From Porphyridium purpureum (lineage: Eukaryota): a DNA stretch of 64,000 nucleotides. The translations under genes were made by a program, and so were the position numbers. The stretch lies in NCBI GenBank assembly GCA_008690995.1, contig VRMN01000010.1, positions 372,001 through 436,000 on the forward strand, given 5' to 3'. Every line of letters begins with the position of its first letter. Within the stretch, counting starts at the first letter, position 1. The notes beneath the pieces are model-generated. The model had not been told where the DNA came from, ran no database searches, and saw only the letters and a program-made list of their open reading frames with translations. Below are positions 50,264-60,973 of this stretch, piece by piece.

Positions 50264-52677
50264 TCTTCTCCTCCGTGCCACCAAAGAAGTTCAGGGAGTC
50301 TTCATGCCCCAGGACGGTTACCTATGACCCACGATTTTATTTTATTTTTCACTTCTTTGAGAGTCGCGGCGATCTGGCTCGATGTATCCTTTTCCCGCAT
50401 TTTGAGTGCTGCCTTTGTGCGCGGGATTTGAGTTTTCAAGAGATTCAGAAAAGGCGATTCAATATCTGCGCGGCCGCCAAACAATCCTCAGGAATTTCAG
50501 TCGAGCAGGAAAGAACATATACCAGCTCCTTAGAAGCACTTGCACGAGTCTCGCGAGTGGGAGTCATGTTTACCATGTTACACGATGCCCCACTGAAGCC
50601 ATTGAAATCTTCACTGGCCGTACGCGAGCGCCAGTCTACTACAGAGCGTATCAGACTTTAAGCTCTTTCGCATGCTTCCAGGGCCGCTTCATCGATTGGC
50701 GCGGTCCCCGACTTTTGCACTGCTCTGCCATCCGAGCTTGAATTTGGGGAAAGTGTCGGGGTCATACTCGAGTCTGACCAAAAAATCATAAGAAGTATGG
50801 TATTTTCTGTGCGTCGCGGACCTTACGGACTAGGTCTAAACGATGCATTCGACAGTTGAAGTAGGGCGTTTACATTTGCGTCCGACGGAAAGACTTGACG
50901 CACGAGTGAATCAACTTTTGTGCATCCTTGACAGTTATTTTATCTATGCAGGCAAACCCACCACGTGCAAGGTCAATCTCAATTGGATTCTCGGCCAATG
51001 CACCGGAAAGAAAGTCGGCTTGCGCCATGCGCAAGCATCAGACACTCGGTACAGCTCAACCCATCGCAACCGCACGCTGCGATTCCTTTTCCCACTGTTT
51101 ACGCCGAACCCGACAGCGTGAGCTGAGCAAAGTTCAAGTAGAACTTGTCATGGACAGCGAGATTCAGAGGTTGAGGTTCGGCATGATGTGGATTAGGATT
51201 GGCACGGTCAAGTGCGCGGCGTCTCTTGAAGCCGCAAGCGTCGGCGGGAACATAGAAAGTGAGAAGAGAAAGGCAGTCTGAGATATTCACCCATGCTGGA
51301 CACGCGCATGCTGGCGCTGTTTTGATCAAGGAGACCTTGCCTGTCCTCTTTGATGCTGAGCATGTGCATCACCGTGGCTTTTGCAAACTGCTTGCTCTGC
51401 ACGCTGGAGCTGCTGGATCATGCTCGTGTCGTTATCCATTGGGGTATACTAGACAGTCCCCATTGTATTTGCCCTGCTTCACGTGCGCGGCTTTGTTATT
51501 CCGACTGAACTTTCGGACGTCATTCAAGCATCCCGCTTTTAGTTCGCATGCGCGTTTGGAATGTCTGCTTGATGCTGCGTATCCGTTTTGTCCGAATGTC
51601 ACATCTACAGAGCTGAAATCGTTTGAAGGCTCACGGTCGAAACGAGTAAGAGCCCCAGGAGGAAGAGCGAATTTGAGTGGTCATCCCTTTAAATGGTCTG
51701 TGGACATATATGTCCTCGGGCGAACCGCATTCCGCGATTCCCGCGCAGGATGCCCGAAGGTGTTCATCGAAATCACATGGAAAAGCGCACAGGAAAGTGG
51801 CGCTGAGGGACGTGCCGAGAATAAAAGCGTTATGTCCCGCCGCTTCCTTTGCTGCCTGACGCTGCAAAATATACAGGACACGAAAGGGTCGCTCATTCCT
51901 TTCCTGATCCTGTTCAGTGCCATACCAAGAAGAAGACCGTCTATCACATCTGTGACTCCCGGCGCCAATCCCATTTCTGCGTGCGCCTGCGTGAGGCTGT
52001 GTGCAGTGGAGCACTGCCCATCACTCACCACCAACACATCTGCTCGATGTCCCGGCGCATCAGCAGCAGACAAACGAGACTTGTCCCCCCCCACCTTGCC
52101 CGCACAAACGCCACCCGAAACATTAAAAAAACACGAATCAATCATTTTATAACGAAACCTTAAAATATCCCGAGCAAAGGTATGCACAGGACACACACTG
52201 TACCTCTCTCATGCTGGGTGAGTGTGGCTGAGGTACAGCGTATATTTAGTAGTGTACACTTTCTTAGGGTTCGAGGTTTCATTGGTGTTGTTTTGGTTCG
52301 GTCATCTTTATAGAGAAGCGCGGCGTTTTTATAGGAATGTGAGTGTGTGCATGATGCTAGCAAGCGCGCGTGGTTTTGATAGACGTGCTCGAGGTATTCA
52401 CGCGGTGGTGGCGTTTTAGAAGAAAGGTGTACAGTGTGTACATGCATGGAGAAACCCTACGGATGTGTAAGTTTATGTACAGTATGTACAGTGCGGGCAT
52501 GGAATTTGTTTTTTTGGCGGCGAGTCTGAGCGGCCGAGGGAGTGAACAGAGAGAGAAGAGAGAGAGACGGGGTTGAGGAAGGGAGTGAGTGGAGACGTGT
52601 GGGTTTTGCCGTGATTGCGGTTCGTGTGGGCGGGCTTGTTGCGGCGCGGCACGGCTCGCAAGGAGCGCGGGGGCGGA

Positions 52678-54015
52678 ATGAAGTCGATACGGAAGGCGCT
52701 CGGGATGGGTAGTGCTGCCGAAACGGCGAACGATCAGGACGCCGAAGGGGGGCCGCCGGCCGCGGCGACGGCTGCCGTCCCGGATCAGGCTGCTGCGACT
52801 GCGAATGCAGATGCGACAGTGGATACGAAGGATGAAGGTGTGGCAGAAGAGGCTGCGGCTGGAGCGTCCGCGGCGAATGTGGATGGCGACGGTTTCGCTG
52901 AAGAGGAGGAGACGCCAATGGTGGCGAATGAGCGGGAGGCAGGCACCGCGGCCTTTGCGAACGACACCTTGGCGAAGGCGAGCGGCACCTCTGCTGGTGC
53001 GCTGGACGGAGCAGTGGGCGAATTGGACTCGGACGTTGACGTGGATAAGGACGGAGAAGTGGCGGGCACAGAGCTGAATCCAGCGGAAGCGGTGGTCGTG
53101 GGATCGCTGGTGGTGTCACCAAAGGCGTCTGTGGCCAAGGCGTCGCAACCTTCGCAAGGCTATCATAACTACTTGGCAGACAATATGGACGATCTGCATC
53201 ACCGCGGAGGCGTGATGCACGGCAGCTCAATTCATAGCCTGGGCTTTACGGAGGACGCCAATCCGCGCTTCCGGCCGACAATGGAAGACGGCCATGTCAT
53301 CGCTGACGCGTTCCGTGGGATAGAGAGCGAAGGCTTTTTCGCCGTGTATGACGGGCATGGCGGTAGACAGGCCGTGGAGCTTGTGAACAAGCATCTGCAC
53401 GGTCTTTTTGCGGAGCAAATTTCAAAGTGCGGCGAGATCTCCGGCAACTCGCTGCCGCGCGTGTTTTACGAGGCGTACACGATGACAGATAAGATCCTTG
53501 CGCAGCACAAATGCCACTACGTAGGTACCACAGCAGTCACAAGTTTCATCACGCAGGAAGCACCAGGCGTGCGATGCGTCTACACGGCAAACGCCGGCGA
53601 CGCACGTGCTGTGCTGTGCTGTGGGCCGACGTCCAAGCGGGTATCGTACGACCACAAGGCCTCCGACACGGCTGAGCTGCAGCGCGTGTCGAATGGCGGC
53701 GGCTTTGTTGCAGCCAAGCGAGTGAATGGCGTTCTCTCAGTTTCAAGAGCGCTGGGAGACCACGCGATGAAGGACGTGGTGATCTGCGCGCCGCACGTCA
53801 CCCGCGAGCTCGTGGACCAACCCAACACGTACCTAGTTCTGGCGTGCGACGGGCTTTGGGACGTGATGAACGACGATGAAGTGGCCAAACAGATCCACGA
53901 GTACCACACCGTGAAAAACTACGACGTGCAACAGATCAGCAAACGTCTGGTGCGGCAAGCGCTCGAGCGCGGCTCAACCGATAATATTTCAGTCATGGTC
54001 ATTCGCATTCTGTGA
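52678..54015 (+). CDS. Protein phosphatase 2C (PPM family)
   Basis: RPTMED, VYDGHGG, ANAGDARAV, SRALGD, ACDGLWD and GSTDNISV motifs; acidic N-terminal extension. Confidence 0.97.
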   Translation: MKSIRKALGMGSAAETANDQDAEGGPPAAATAAVPDQAAATANADATVDTKDEGVAEEAAAGASAANVDGDGFAEEEETPMVANEREAGTAAFANDTLAKASGTSAGALDGAVGELDSDVDVDKDGEVAGTELNPAEAVVVGSLVVSPKASVAKASQPSQGYHNYLADNMDDLHHRGGVMHGSSIHSLGFTEDANPRFRPTMEDGHVIADAFRGIESEGFFAVYDGHGGRQAVELVNKHLHGLFAEQISKCGEISGNSLPRVFYEAYTMTDKILAQHKCHYVGTTAVTSFITQEAPGVRCVYTANAGDARAVLCCGPTSKRVSYDHKASDTAELQRVSNGGGFVAAKRVNGVLSVSRALGDHAMKDVVICAPHVTRELVDQPNTYLVLACDGLWDVMNDDEVAKQIHEYHTVKNYDVQQISKRLVRQALERGSTDNISVMVIRIL

Positions 54016-54343
54016 TTACGTCTGCGAGAATACTTACTGCAGCGCAGCAGCGAAACAGCGCGACATATCATGTCGCTTGTCGTCGGCACGAATGCTAAAA
54101 GAAGAAGACCAGAAAAAGAAACGGGGATAGCCCGATCACGATGTACATAAAATTTTCAAATTTGAATCGATCTTCCTATCAAAAACCTCTCTTTTGATAT
54201 GAAAAGTGCAAGACCGCAACAAGTCGACCCGTGAAAGGTCGGGCAGAGCACATTGCGGAGGAAAGCGCGGCGTGTGCCAGCCAACGCAGCCGACTGGACG
54301 CAGCGGCCAACAAGGTGCTGCGCTCGGCCATTGAAGAAGAGAC

Positions 54344-54853
54344 ATGGAGGAGCGAATTGAGCAGCTGACGCAATTTCTGATCGCGTACGGGCACGTGCCT
54401 CTCAGTCGCGCTCCGGCAGCAGGGTCTTCCGACATCGAGTCCACTGCACAGCCCCGCCGATGTGCGTCGGTCGCAGGAGCGTGCTCGGATGCGCAGGTGA
54501 ACGAGTGGATTCGCGGCTGGAAGGAGCGGGATATAACGGCATCTGTTCCCAAAATCACGTGCTGGTCGACAGAATTCGTAGATCTTGACGACGACAACAT
54601 GTCCGAACCGATTGAGGACTTTGAACTGACGCCCCTCCAGAGTTCGCAGACGCCCTCCCCGCCGCCCCACTCAGACATTTTGAATTCTACTGCTGCGTCG
54701 GCAGCAACGGACAAGGCTGGTCAACGCGCCACAGGCGAGTGGATTCAGGACGCGCAGGGTCAGTATGTTAACCTGGATGACATTGAGTTTGACTTGGACA
54801 CGCTCGAAGTACCGGGAAGTCTAACCAACCGGCGCGTGAGCTTGTTCTCCTGA
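54344..54853 (+). CDS. Hypothetical acidic protein
   Basis: ATG-initiated 169-aa ORF filling an intergenic slot; no family recognised. Confidence 0.55.
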   Translation: MEERIEQLTQFLIAYGHVPLSRAPAAGSSDIESTAQPRRCASVAGACSDAQVNEWIRGWKERDITASVPKITCWSTEFVDLDDDNMSEPIEDFELTPLQSSQTPSPPPHSDILNSTAASAATDKAGQRATGEWIQDAQGQYVNLDDIEFDLDTLEVPGSLTNRRVSLFS

Positions 54854-55036
54854 CACCGCGGTCGCGTCACACAGATGAGCTAGCCATGCGTCGTCTGCCT
54901 GGTAGAACAGCAAGTGAAAGCGTCACGCGGCGACAGGAACCTTAAACTTGTACACGATAAACAGTTCTTCCCGCCACGTTCTCTTTGGACTTCAATTTGA
55001 AAGTTCTATGGTAGCGCCGCTGAGTTGGGAAAGACA

Positions 55037-55393
55037 ATGTCGATTCGCCCGCGAACTGTCCGACGCGCGCGCGGCAGCGCGCTGATGGCGGCTTGTGTGG
55101 AAGTTCCCAGTAGACCATGGACGGCCGGCCAACACGTCTGTTTCAGCTTTGTATCGGCTTTAATGATCCGCGCGTTGCGCGGGTACAAAACGATTGTTTC
55201 GCCTTTGCTACCTCCGGCGTGCCGGTTTGTGCCTACGTGTAGCACGTATGCGGTGGAGGCGGTGCAGATGTTCGGCCCGCTGAAAGGCGCCGTCCTGATC
55301 AGCTGGCGACTGGCGCGGTGCAGCCCCTTCGGAGGATTTGGATATGACCCACCGCAGTGGCCGCCTCCACACTTCAGGGCACCCCTACGCTGA
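55037..55393 (+). CDS. YidD/membrane protein insertion efficiency factor-like protein
   Basis: YKTIVSPLLPPACRFVPTCSTY..RLARCSPFGGFGYDPP, with the three conserved Cys. Confidence 0.9.
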   Translation: MSIRPRTVRRARGSALMAACVEVPSRPWTAGQHVCFSFVSALMIRALRGYKTIVSPLLPPACRFVPTCSTYAVEAVQMFGPLKGAVLISWRLARCSPFGGFGYDPPQWPPPHFRAPLR

Positions 55394-55455
55394 GTAGGGC
55401 CGAGTAACGTCGGAGCTGTTCTGGTGGCCCTAGAGAATCGACCTCGTTGCGTTTA

Positions 55456-55962
55456 TTACCTTAGCAGCGCGGCTGCGTAAAAGAACTGCGACTGAGTGAG
55501 ATGGACCGTGCCGCTGCGATGCGGGTCGAACGCGGTGAACACTGAACGCGAAAACGCGAGGAAGCAAGCGAGCGCGAGGTATTCCGACATGGACAGGTGT
55601 TTGTTGTTATCTGGGTCGAAAGAACGGAAGCACTGTTGGAACGCCGGCTCATCCATATGAAATTGGTTCATCTCTAGCGCGCGACGGACCTCGTTCTGGT
55701 CAAGCCATCCATTCCTGTCCGCATCTACGACCAGAAACGACTGCTGCACGCTGGTGATAAACATATGCACCTGCACAAACTCGTCAAAGTTGCACTCGCC
55801 GTCCCGTGTCGCATCATGCATGCGGATCAACGACGCCGCGTTCTCCAGCGTGACGTCCATGCCGGCCTGCGTCAGTGCCTTGTGGAGCTCCACGGCCGAA
55901 ATCTTTCCAGACCGGTCCGTGTCCACATAATCAAAGAATTGCCGCAGCTGACGCGGATCCAT
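55456..55962 (-). CDS. Penta-EF-hand calcium-binding protein (ALG-2/peflin/sorcin-like)
   Basis: EF loops DTDRSGKISAVE, DATRDGECNFDE, DADRNGWLDQNE, DPDNNKHLSMSE and DPHRSGTV. Confidence 0.92.
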   Translation of the reverse strand: MDPRQLRQFFDYVDTDRSGKISAVELHKALTQAGMDVTLENAASLIRMHDATRDGECNFDEFVQVHMFITSVQQSFLVVDADRNGWLDQNEVRRALEMNQFHMDEPAFQQCFRSFDPDNNKHLSMSEYLALACFLAFSRSVFTAFDPHRSGTVHLTQSQFFYAAALLR

Positions 55963-56758
55963 TTCGCGCTTTATTGCCTTCTCCTTTCCTTCCTTCACTC
56001 ACACACACACTCTCTCTCTTCTCCTCTCTCTCTCCCTCTCTCCTGTTGGCCCCTCTTGTCACCGCCAACCTTCGCCACCCACTTCTATCAAATTCGCTTG
56101 TTCTATTATAAAACCGCTGTACTTCTTCTCCCCCGTTTCGTTTCTGAGCCGGAACCGCAGAAAGGTTGGTTCCTGTCCGAGTGATTTGTCCTCGGACGTA
56201 GCCGAGTGATACGCTTTCAGACGAGGCGATGAACGCGTCGGCTTGAGGAACAGCACACTCGACACACATGCACACACACAGCTTCACAGACACATAGGTC
56301 ATGTGCAGAAACGGGATCTGAACGAAAGCCGACGACGCGCGAGCACAGAGGACACACACACACACATACACACACAGAGAGAGTGCCAAATGCGCGGCGA
56401 AGGAGAAGGAGAATGTGACAAGCGCAAGCGCAAGCCGCAGGCGAGTGCCTTATTGTAAGGCGGGCGCGGTCCACGCAAGCACGGCGTTGGCCGAATAGCG
56501 CGTAGCAGCGGCAGCGCCACCACGTCGATCGCCAACTCGCTTTCGGTCGCTGCAACTTCGCAGCGTTTGGCTGTACACTACGGCATTCGCACTGTACTCT
56601 CTGCCTGTTAGGCGCACCTTGAACGTCCTGACTGCGAGCAGCGTTTACTCTCGTTGCGCAGCTTCGATGCGGATGGAAAGGGAGAAAGGGATTCCCGTGG
56701 CATTGAGCAAGTCGGTCCCACATCTCCACGATATCCTGCAGCCAATTGGCGACGAAAC

Positions 56759-57523
56759 ATGACTGCTTATGTAGGCTTTGTAGAACTACTTGGCGGCCGA
56801 GGCAACGATGCTACTGGCGCTCGCATGCAGGATGGGACACTCGGTGCTGCGCGCGCGGCTCGCAGTAAGAGGGTGTGCCGATTCGGGCGTCTTGCGAGGA
56901 TGAGGTCGCTACGTGTAGTGATGTGTGCAGATCGTTTCGGGGGCTCTTTCCAGAGCTCGCGCGGCCGAGGCGAGCTGGAAGGAAAAGACTACGACTTCTC
57001 GCGGCTGCAGGCTGGAGCGCCCAAGCCAGAAGATCCTCATATCCCAGTAAATCTCCGTCGCACGACGCTAGTCGTCTCGGATCTCGATCTGAGCCTCAAG
57101 TTTTACGAGGAGGGCCTCGGCATGACACGCATTTTCGAGAATCGCATTGTCTATCCTCATTCCGCCAAAGATGAAAGTGAGGCGAAGCGCGTGGGTCGCC
57201 TTGTATTTCTGAAGTGCAACCATTCCTTCATTGGTGTGCTTGGGCTCTACCAATATCTGAAGCCCATCCCGCGACAGATTCCCGAGATTAAGGATGCTGG
57301 AGTGTTTCATGGGTGCACATTCTTGATGTTCAGTTCGTTTGACAGCGTGGACGATCGCATCGAACGAATGCTCAAGGTGCCGGGCACTTCTCTGGCTGAA
57401 GAGCCAGAATTGATGCAGTACCCGGGCTACGCACCAGGCAGCACAATCTTTGTGCGAAAGGCGCTCTTACGGGATCCTGACGGCATCTTTGTCGAAATTA
57501 ATCAGGTCTTGAACGACTTTTGA
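56759..57523 (+). CDS. VOC/glyoxalase-family protein with plastid-transit-like N-terminus
   Basis: RRTTLVVSDLDLSLKFYEEGLGM and RDPDGIFVEI; Arg/Ala-rich leader ending in VVMC. Confidence 0.82.
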   Translation: MTAYVGFVELLGGRGNDATGARMQDGTLGAARAARSKRVCRFGRLARMRSLRVVMCADRFGGSFQSSRGRGELEGKDYDFSRLQAGAPKPEDPHIPVNLRRTTLVVSDLDLSLKFYEEGLGMTRIFENRIVYPHSAKDESEAKRVGRLVFLKCNHSFIGVLGLYQYLKPIPRQIPEIKDAGVFHGCTFLMFSSFDSVDDRIERMLKVPGTSLAEEPELMQYPGYAPGSTIFVRKALLRDPDGIFVEINQVLNDF

Positions 57524-57700
57524 TGGTTCTGATTCTCTGCTGAGCCGAGTACGTGCCGTCAAGAGCGTGCTCTGTTGTTCTCAAGACACGCTCTAATAAA
57601 GACTGAATCGAGGAGGCGCGCTCGCCAAGCGTGTTTGCTTTGCTCAGTCCTTGATCGATGATCATCATCACAAGGGCACTAGCTTTGGTAGTTGCGTCCG

Positions 57701-58690
57701 TCAGCTCTGCCGGAGCTCCAGCAAAAGGCATGTTTTCAGTGCGTGTCCAATTGAACAACCATATACGACCAGCACGATCTCTACATCGATAAATGCTGAC
57801 GATCGCGCCGACGCAATGCGCATCAGGGCCGCCATGGGAGTTTGAGTGCGGTGCGCGTGCCTGTTCAGATCTGCCCCAGATCGAACCAACAGCGAGAAGA
57901 GTTCCATGTCGGGTGACGCTACTAGTAGACCATCCGAAACACAGAGGTCAAGAGGCACTATCCCAGAGATATCTTCACAATCAACACTCGCTCCATGCTT
58001 GAGCAGAAGCTGCACAAGGCGGACGGTCTGTTGTCGTGCCTCTACGTCCTCGCTGGCAAAGTACATTCCGTTCTCGACGAGCGCGTACAAGGCGCTCTCT
58101 CCGCGCTTTGAAACTGCATTCACGTGAGCGCCATGCGCGAGGAGAAGTTGTAGACATCCTTCTAGACGTCTCGCAGCGGCCATAATTAAGGGCGTCCGCC
58201 CGTCCTCAGCGCGCGTCGCGTTAGGATTCGCACCGTAGAACAGCAAAACACGCACGCCCGCTTCAAACCCAAAGGATACTGCTGCCATGAGCGCCGTGCG
58301 GCCATCTTCGTCCCTCTGCTCAAGCTGAGCGCCGTGCTGAACCAAGCGACGGACGCACGCCTCTTCTCTGCTCTGAATGGCCTCCATCAGTGCTGTACGT
58401 TCATCACAGTCGGCCGCGTCGACAGGCACACCAAGACCCAAGAGGATATCTACACATGCCACATTCCCCGTGCGCGCGGCAGCTCGAAGCGACTCACCGC
58501 CATAGCCTTCACTTCCGTTCAGAAATCGACCGACGTCGCCACCGGCTTCGCCGTCCGCCACGCACTGCGCGAGCAAGCGAATTTCGTTCGCACCGTCTGG
58601 ACCGTACGCCGCACGGACTAGGAGGTTGCCAAGTTCTTCGGATGTTCGCATATGTTCCCCCGCCACACGTAGTCGCTTCGCTTCCTGCAT
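57701..58690 (-). CDS. Ankyrin-repeat protein, paralog of the 49238 gene
   Basis: RTALMEA, GRTALMAA, GRTPLIMA and GAHVN repeats; AKRLR near the start. Confidence 0.92.
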   Translation of the reverse strand: MQEAKRLRVAGEHMRTSEELGNLLVRAAYGPDGANEIRLLAQCVADGEAGGDVGRFLNGSEGYGGESLRAAARTGNVACVDILLGLGVPVDAADCDERTALMEAIQSREEACVRRLVQHGAQLEQRDEDGRTALMAAVSFGFEAGVRVLLFYGANPNATRAEDGRTPLIMAAARRLEGCLQLLLAHGAHVNAVSKRGESALYALVENGMYFASEDVEARQQTVRLVQLLLKHGASVDCEDISGIVPLDLCVSDGLLVASPDMELFSLLVRSGADLNRHAHRTQTPMAALMRIASARSSAFIDVEIVLVVYGCSIGHALKTCLLLELRQS

Positions 58691-58969
58691 CCCAGCCGCA
58701 GACGAAGGAGTTGGCTTCGCCGAAGCGACCACTTCACCACATGCCGCCGCACTCCGGAAGCACTTGAGCGTTGTCGCTATCGCAACAGCGTGTTGCGGAC
58801 ATTTAATGACGGGGCGAGCTATCTGGGTTTACTCGCGGTCGCGCAAGATGACTATTGTCCAAAAGCAAGGCTGCCACTTCCCGCACTTCCTCACTCGGTT
58901 CGTACGTTCGCGTCCAAGAGTCGGCCAAGAGACAAGCAACATCGAAAGTGCGTGTCTGGTTTTGGCCGC

Positions 58970-60973
58970 CTAGTTGCGCTTGGCGCCAGTGCGGTTTTTG
59001 GCATACATGAGGCGGATGCCGGTCTGGTCCCGGCAGCACGGCAGCTGGTAGCCTTGGCATTGCATGAGCGCCTGTGTTGAGTATACGGTGTCCTCAAAGT
59101 CGGCAAACCCGACAGCACTCTCATTGCCCGAACGTGCTGTCCGCGATATGCGAACGCCGATGAAGCCTTTGAGCTGGCTGAAGAGCGGCCGCAGGTCACC
59201 TTCGGATGTGGAAGGCACAATATTGCCCACAAACAGTGTTGCACAAGGCGGGTTGTCTTCGCCGGAAAATTTGGGAGCGTTTCCACCGCGCCTCGATGAG
59301 ATGGCTTGTGCGCCTCCCGCGCTAGTGTCCATGAGACCGGATGTGTTCATGCCATAAGCGGCGGCGGACAGCCCAGTGCCGCCGCCCATGGCTGAGTATG
59401 CCGCGGAGTTGACGAGCTGAGCATTGTACGGGTCATACTGCTGTGAGCCCAATGGTTGGCCCAGTCCAGGAGTCGCATAGTTGTACGTGGCGTTGACTGC
59501 ATCGGAGACGGCCATGAGCTGCTGGGCGCTGAAACCGGGAAAGCCTGAGGCGGCGGCGGAGGCTGACAAACCAGGCTGTTGTTGCGTTTGGGGATGTGAT
59601 TGCTGCTGCCAGCCCGGCATTGCAGTTGCGGCATTACCGTAAGGGTTGGCCATCATCATCATTTGCTGCTGCTGCTGTAACAAGTCCATGGCAGGCTGGG
59701 CGAACTGTGGTACTGGCGCTTGCTGTTGCGGCGCACTGGAGGAACCTATACGGTCTCGATCGCGATCGCCGCCGCGGCGCCCGCCGCGTTCGCGACCGCT
59801 ATCGGAGCGCTCGCGTCCTCCCGAACGTCCAGTATCAGTGCGTGGGCGCTTACTAGGCATTGAGTCATCGTCAAGCGCTTGGTTCATGCCATCGCGGCGC
59901 CCTCGTTTTGCGCGGGTGTTGGCGCGTGCCCATTCAACTCGGAGCTTCTGGCCAGTTTCCTCGTCGAATACATAGCCGTGGAGGACGCGCAGTGCGTGCT
60001 CAGCCTCACTGCGCAGCTCAAAGAGAGCAAACACGGTGAGTTCCTGGCCGGTACGACTGGTCGTTGTCCGCATGTTGCATCCCTCGTAGCTGGGGAACGC
60101 CACTCGGAACAAGTTGTGCACCTCGCGTTCTCTCGTGTCGGATGGCCAGCCGTTCACGTACAGGGTGCGAACGAGCTTGGCGTCGTTTGTCTCCGAAGGC
60201 GTCTGAGGTGGCTGAAGATCCACTGCTTTGTCTGCGGCTCGGTCGTCCACAGGAGCAGCGGCGGCTACGGCATGCTCTGAAGCAGACAAAACGTCGGTCG
60301 CAGAACTATCTGCGCGGGCGAGATCGTTTACGGCGTTCTGTGAAGGACTTGGATGATCTGTGGCGGCGCCGGCCTCGGCGGCAGCGCTCATGTTTCCTCC
60401 TCCCTGCGCCGCTAATATGGCCTCCTCCTCTGCGGATGCTGCGGGCGGAGGTGGCGGCGGCGGCTGCGGCGACAAGGGGGATTGTGAAGGCGCAAGTTTC
60501 GGAATCTTGCTGTCGTCATCGGAAAGCGCATTTCCATTAAGCATGCTGGTCTCATGTTCCCCATCTGAATGTGCTAAAGGCAGCTGCCCATGAGGACGAT
60601 CCGAAATCTCTTTCTTTTCTACATCGGCTGCCCCTTCTGCTTCGGATTCTACTGGAGCTTCTGCCGGTGGCTGGGGCTCCAGCGCTGACACTTCTCCTCG
60701 TGGCACTTTCTCTTCTCCCTCAACCCCCTTGGGTTCTCCCTCACCCACGACCTGCTCTCCCTTCTCTTCCTTGTCTGCATCCCCACTCCCCCACTCCCCA
60801 GACGTGTCCTCACCATCCGTCTTCTGCGCGCCCTGCGGCGGCTGCTCCTGCTCGTGGTCGTCCCCCTCCATCATCGCTGCCTTCCTCCTCGTCGTCCTCC
60901 TGCGCGGATCCTTCACCACGGCGCCCGCCCCCTCACCAACCGCCGCACCAGCAACTCCAGACTCGCCGGTCAT
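58970..60973 (-). CDS. Two-RRM RNA-binding protein (RBPMS/couch potato-like)
   Basis: VRTLYVNGWPSDTREREVHNLFR..LRVEWAR and NPPCATLFVGNI..IRLMYAK. Confidence 0.9.
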   Translation of the reverse strand: MTGESGVAGAAVGEGAGAVVKDPRRRTTRRKAAMMEGDDHEQEQPPQGAQKTDGEDTSGEWGSGDADKEEKGEQVVGEGEPKGVEGEEKVPRGEVSALEPQPPAEAPVESEAEGAADVEKKEISDRPHGQLPLAHSDGEHETSMLNGNALSDDDSKIPKLAPSQSPLSPQPPPPPPPAASAEEEAILAAQGGGNMSAAAEAGAATDHPSPSQNAVNDLARADSSATDVLSASEHAVAAAAPVDDRAADKAVDLQPPQTPSETNDAKLVRTLYVNGWPSDTREREVHNLFRVAFPSYEGCNMRTTTSRTGQELTVFALFELRSEAEHALRVLHGYVFDEETGQKLRVEWARANTRAKRGRRDGMNQALDDDSMPSKRPRTDTGRSGGRERSDSGRERGGRRGGDRDRDRIGSSSAPQQQAPVPQFAQPAMDLLQQQQQMMMMANPYGNAATAMPGWQQQSHPQTQQQPGLSASAAASGFPGFSAQQLMAVSDAVNATYNYATPGLGQPLGSQQYDPYNAQLVNSAAYSAMGGGTGLSAAAYGMNTSGLMDTSAGGAQAISSRRGGNAPKFSGEDNPPCATLFVGNIVPSTSEGDLRPLFSQLKGFIGVRISRTARSGNESAVGFADFEDTVYSTQALMQCQGYQLPCCRDQTGIRLMYAKNRTGAKRN

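Noticed and set aside
54029..54045. ATACTTAC, resembling the U1 snRNA 5' end
   Set aside because: It lacks the full ACTTACCTG, no U1 stem-loops are evident, and it sits in the PP2C 3' flank.
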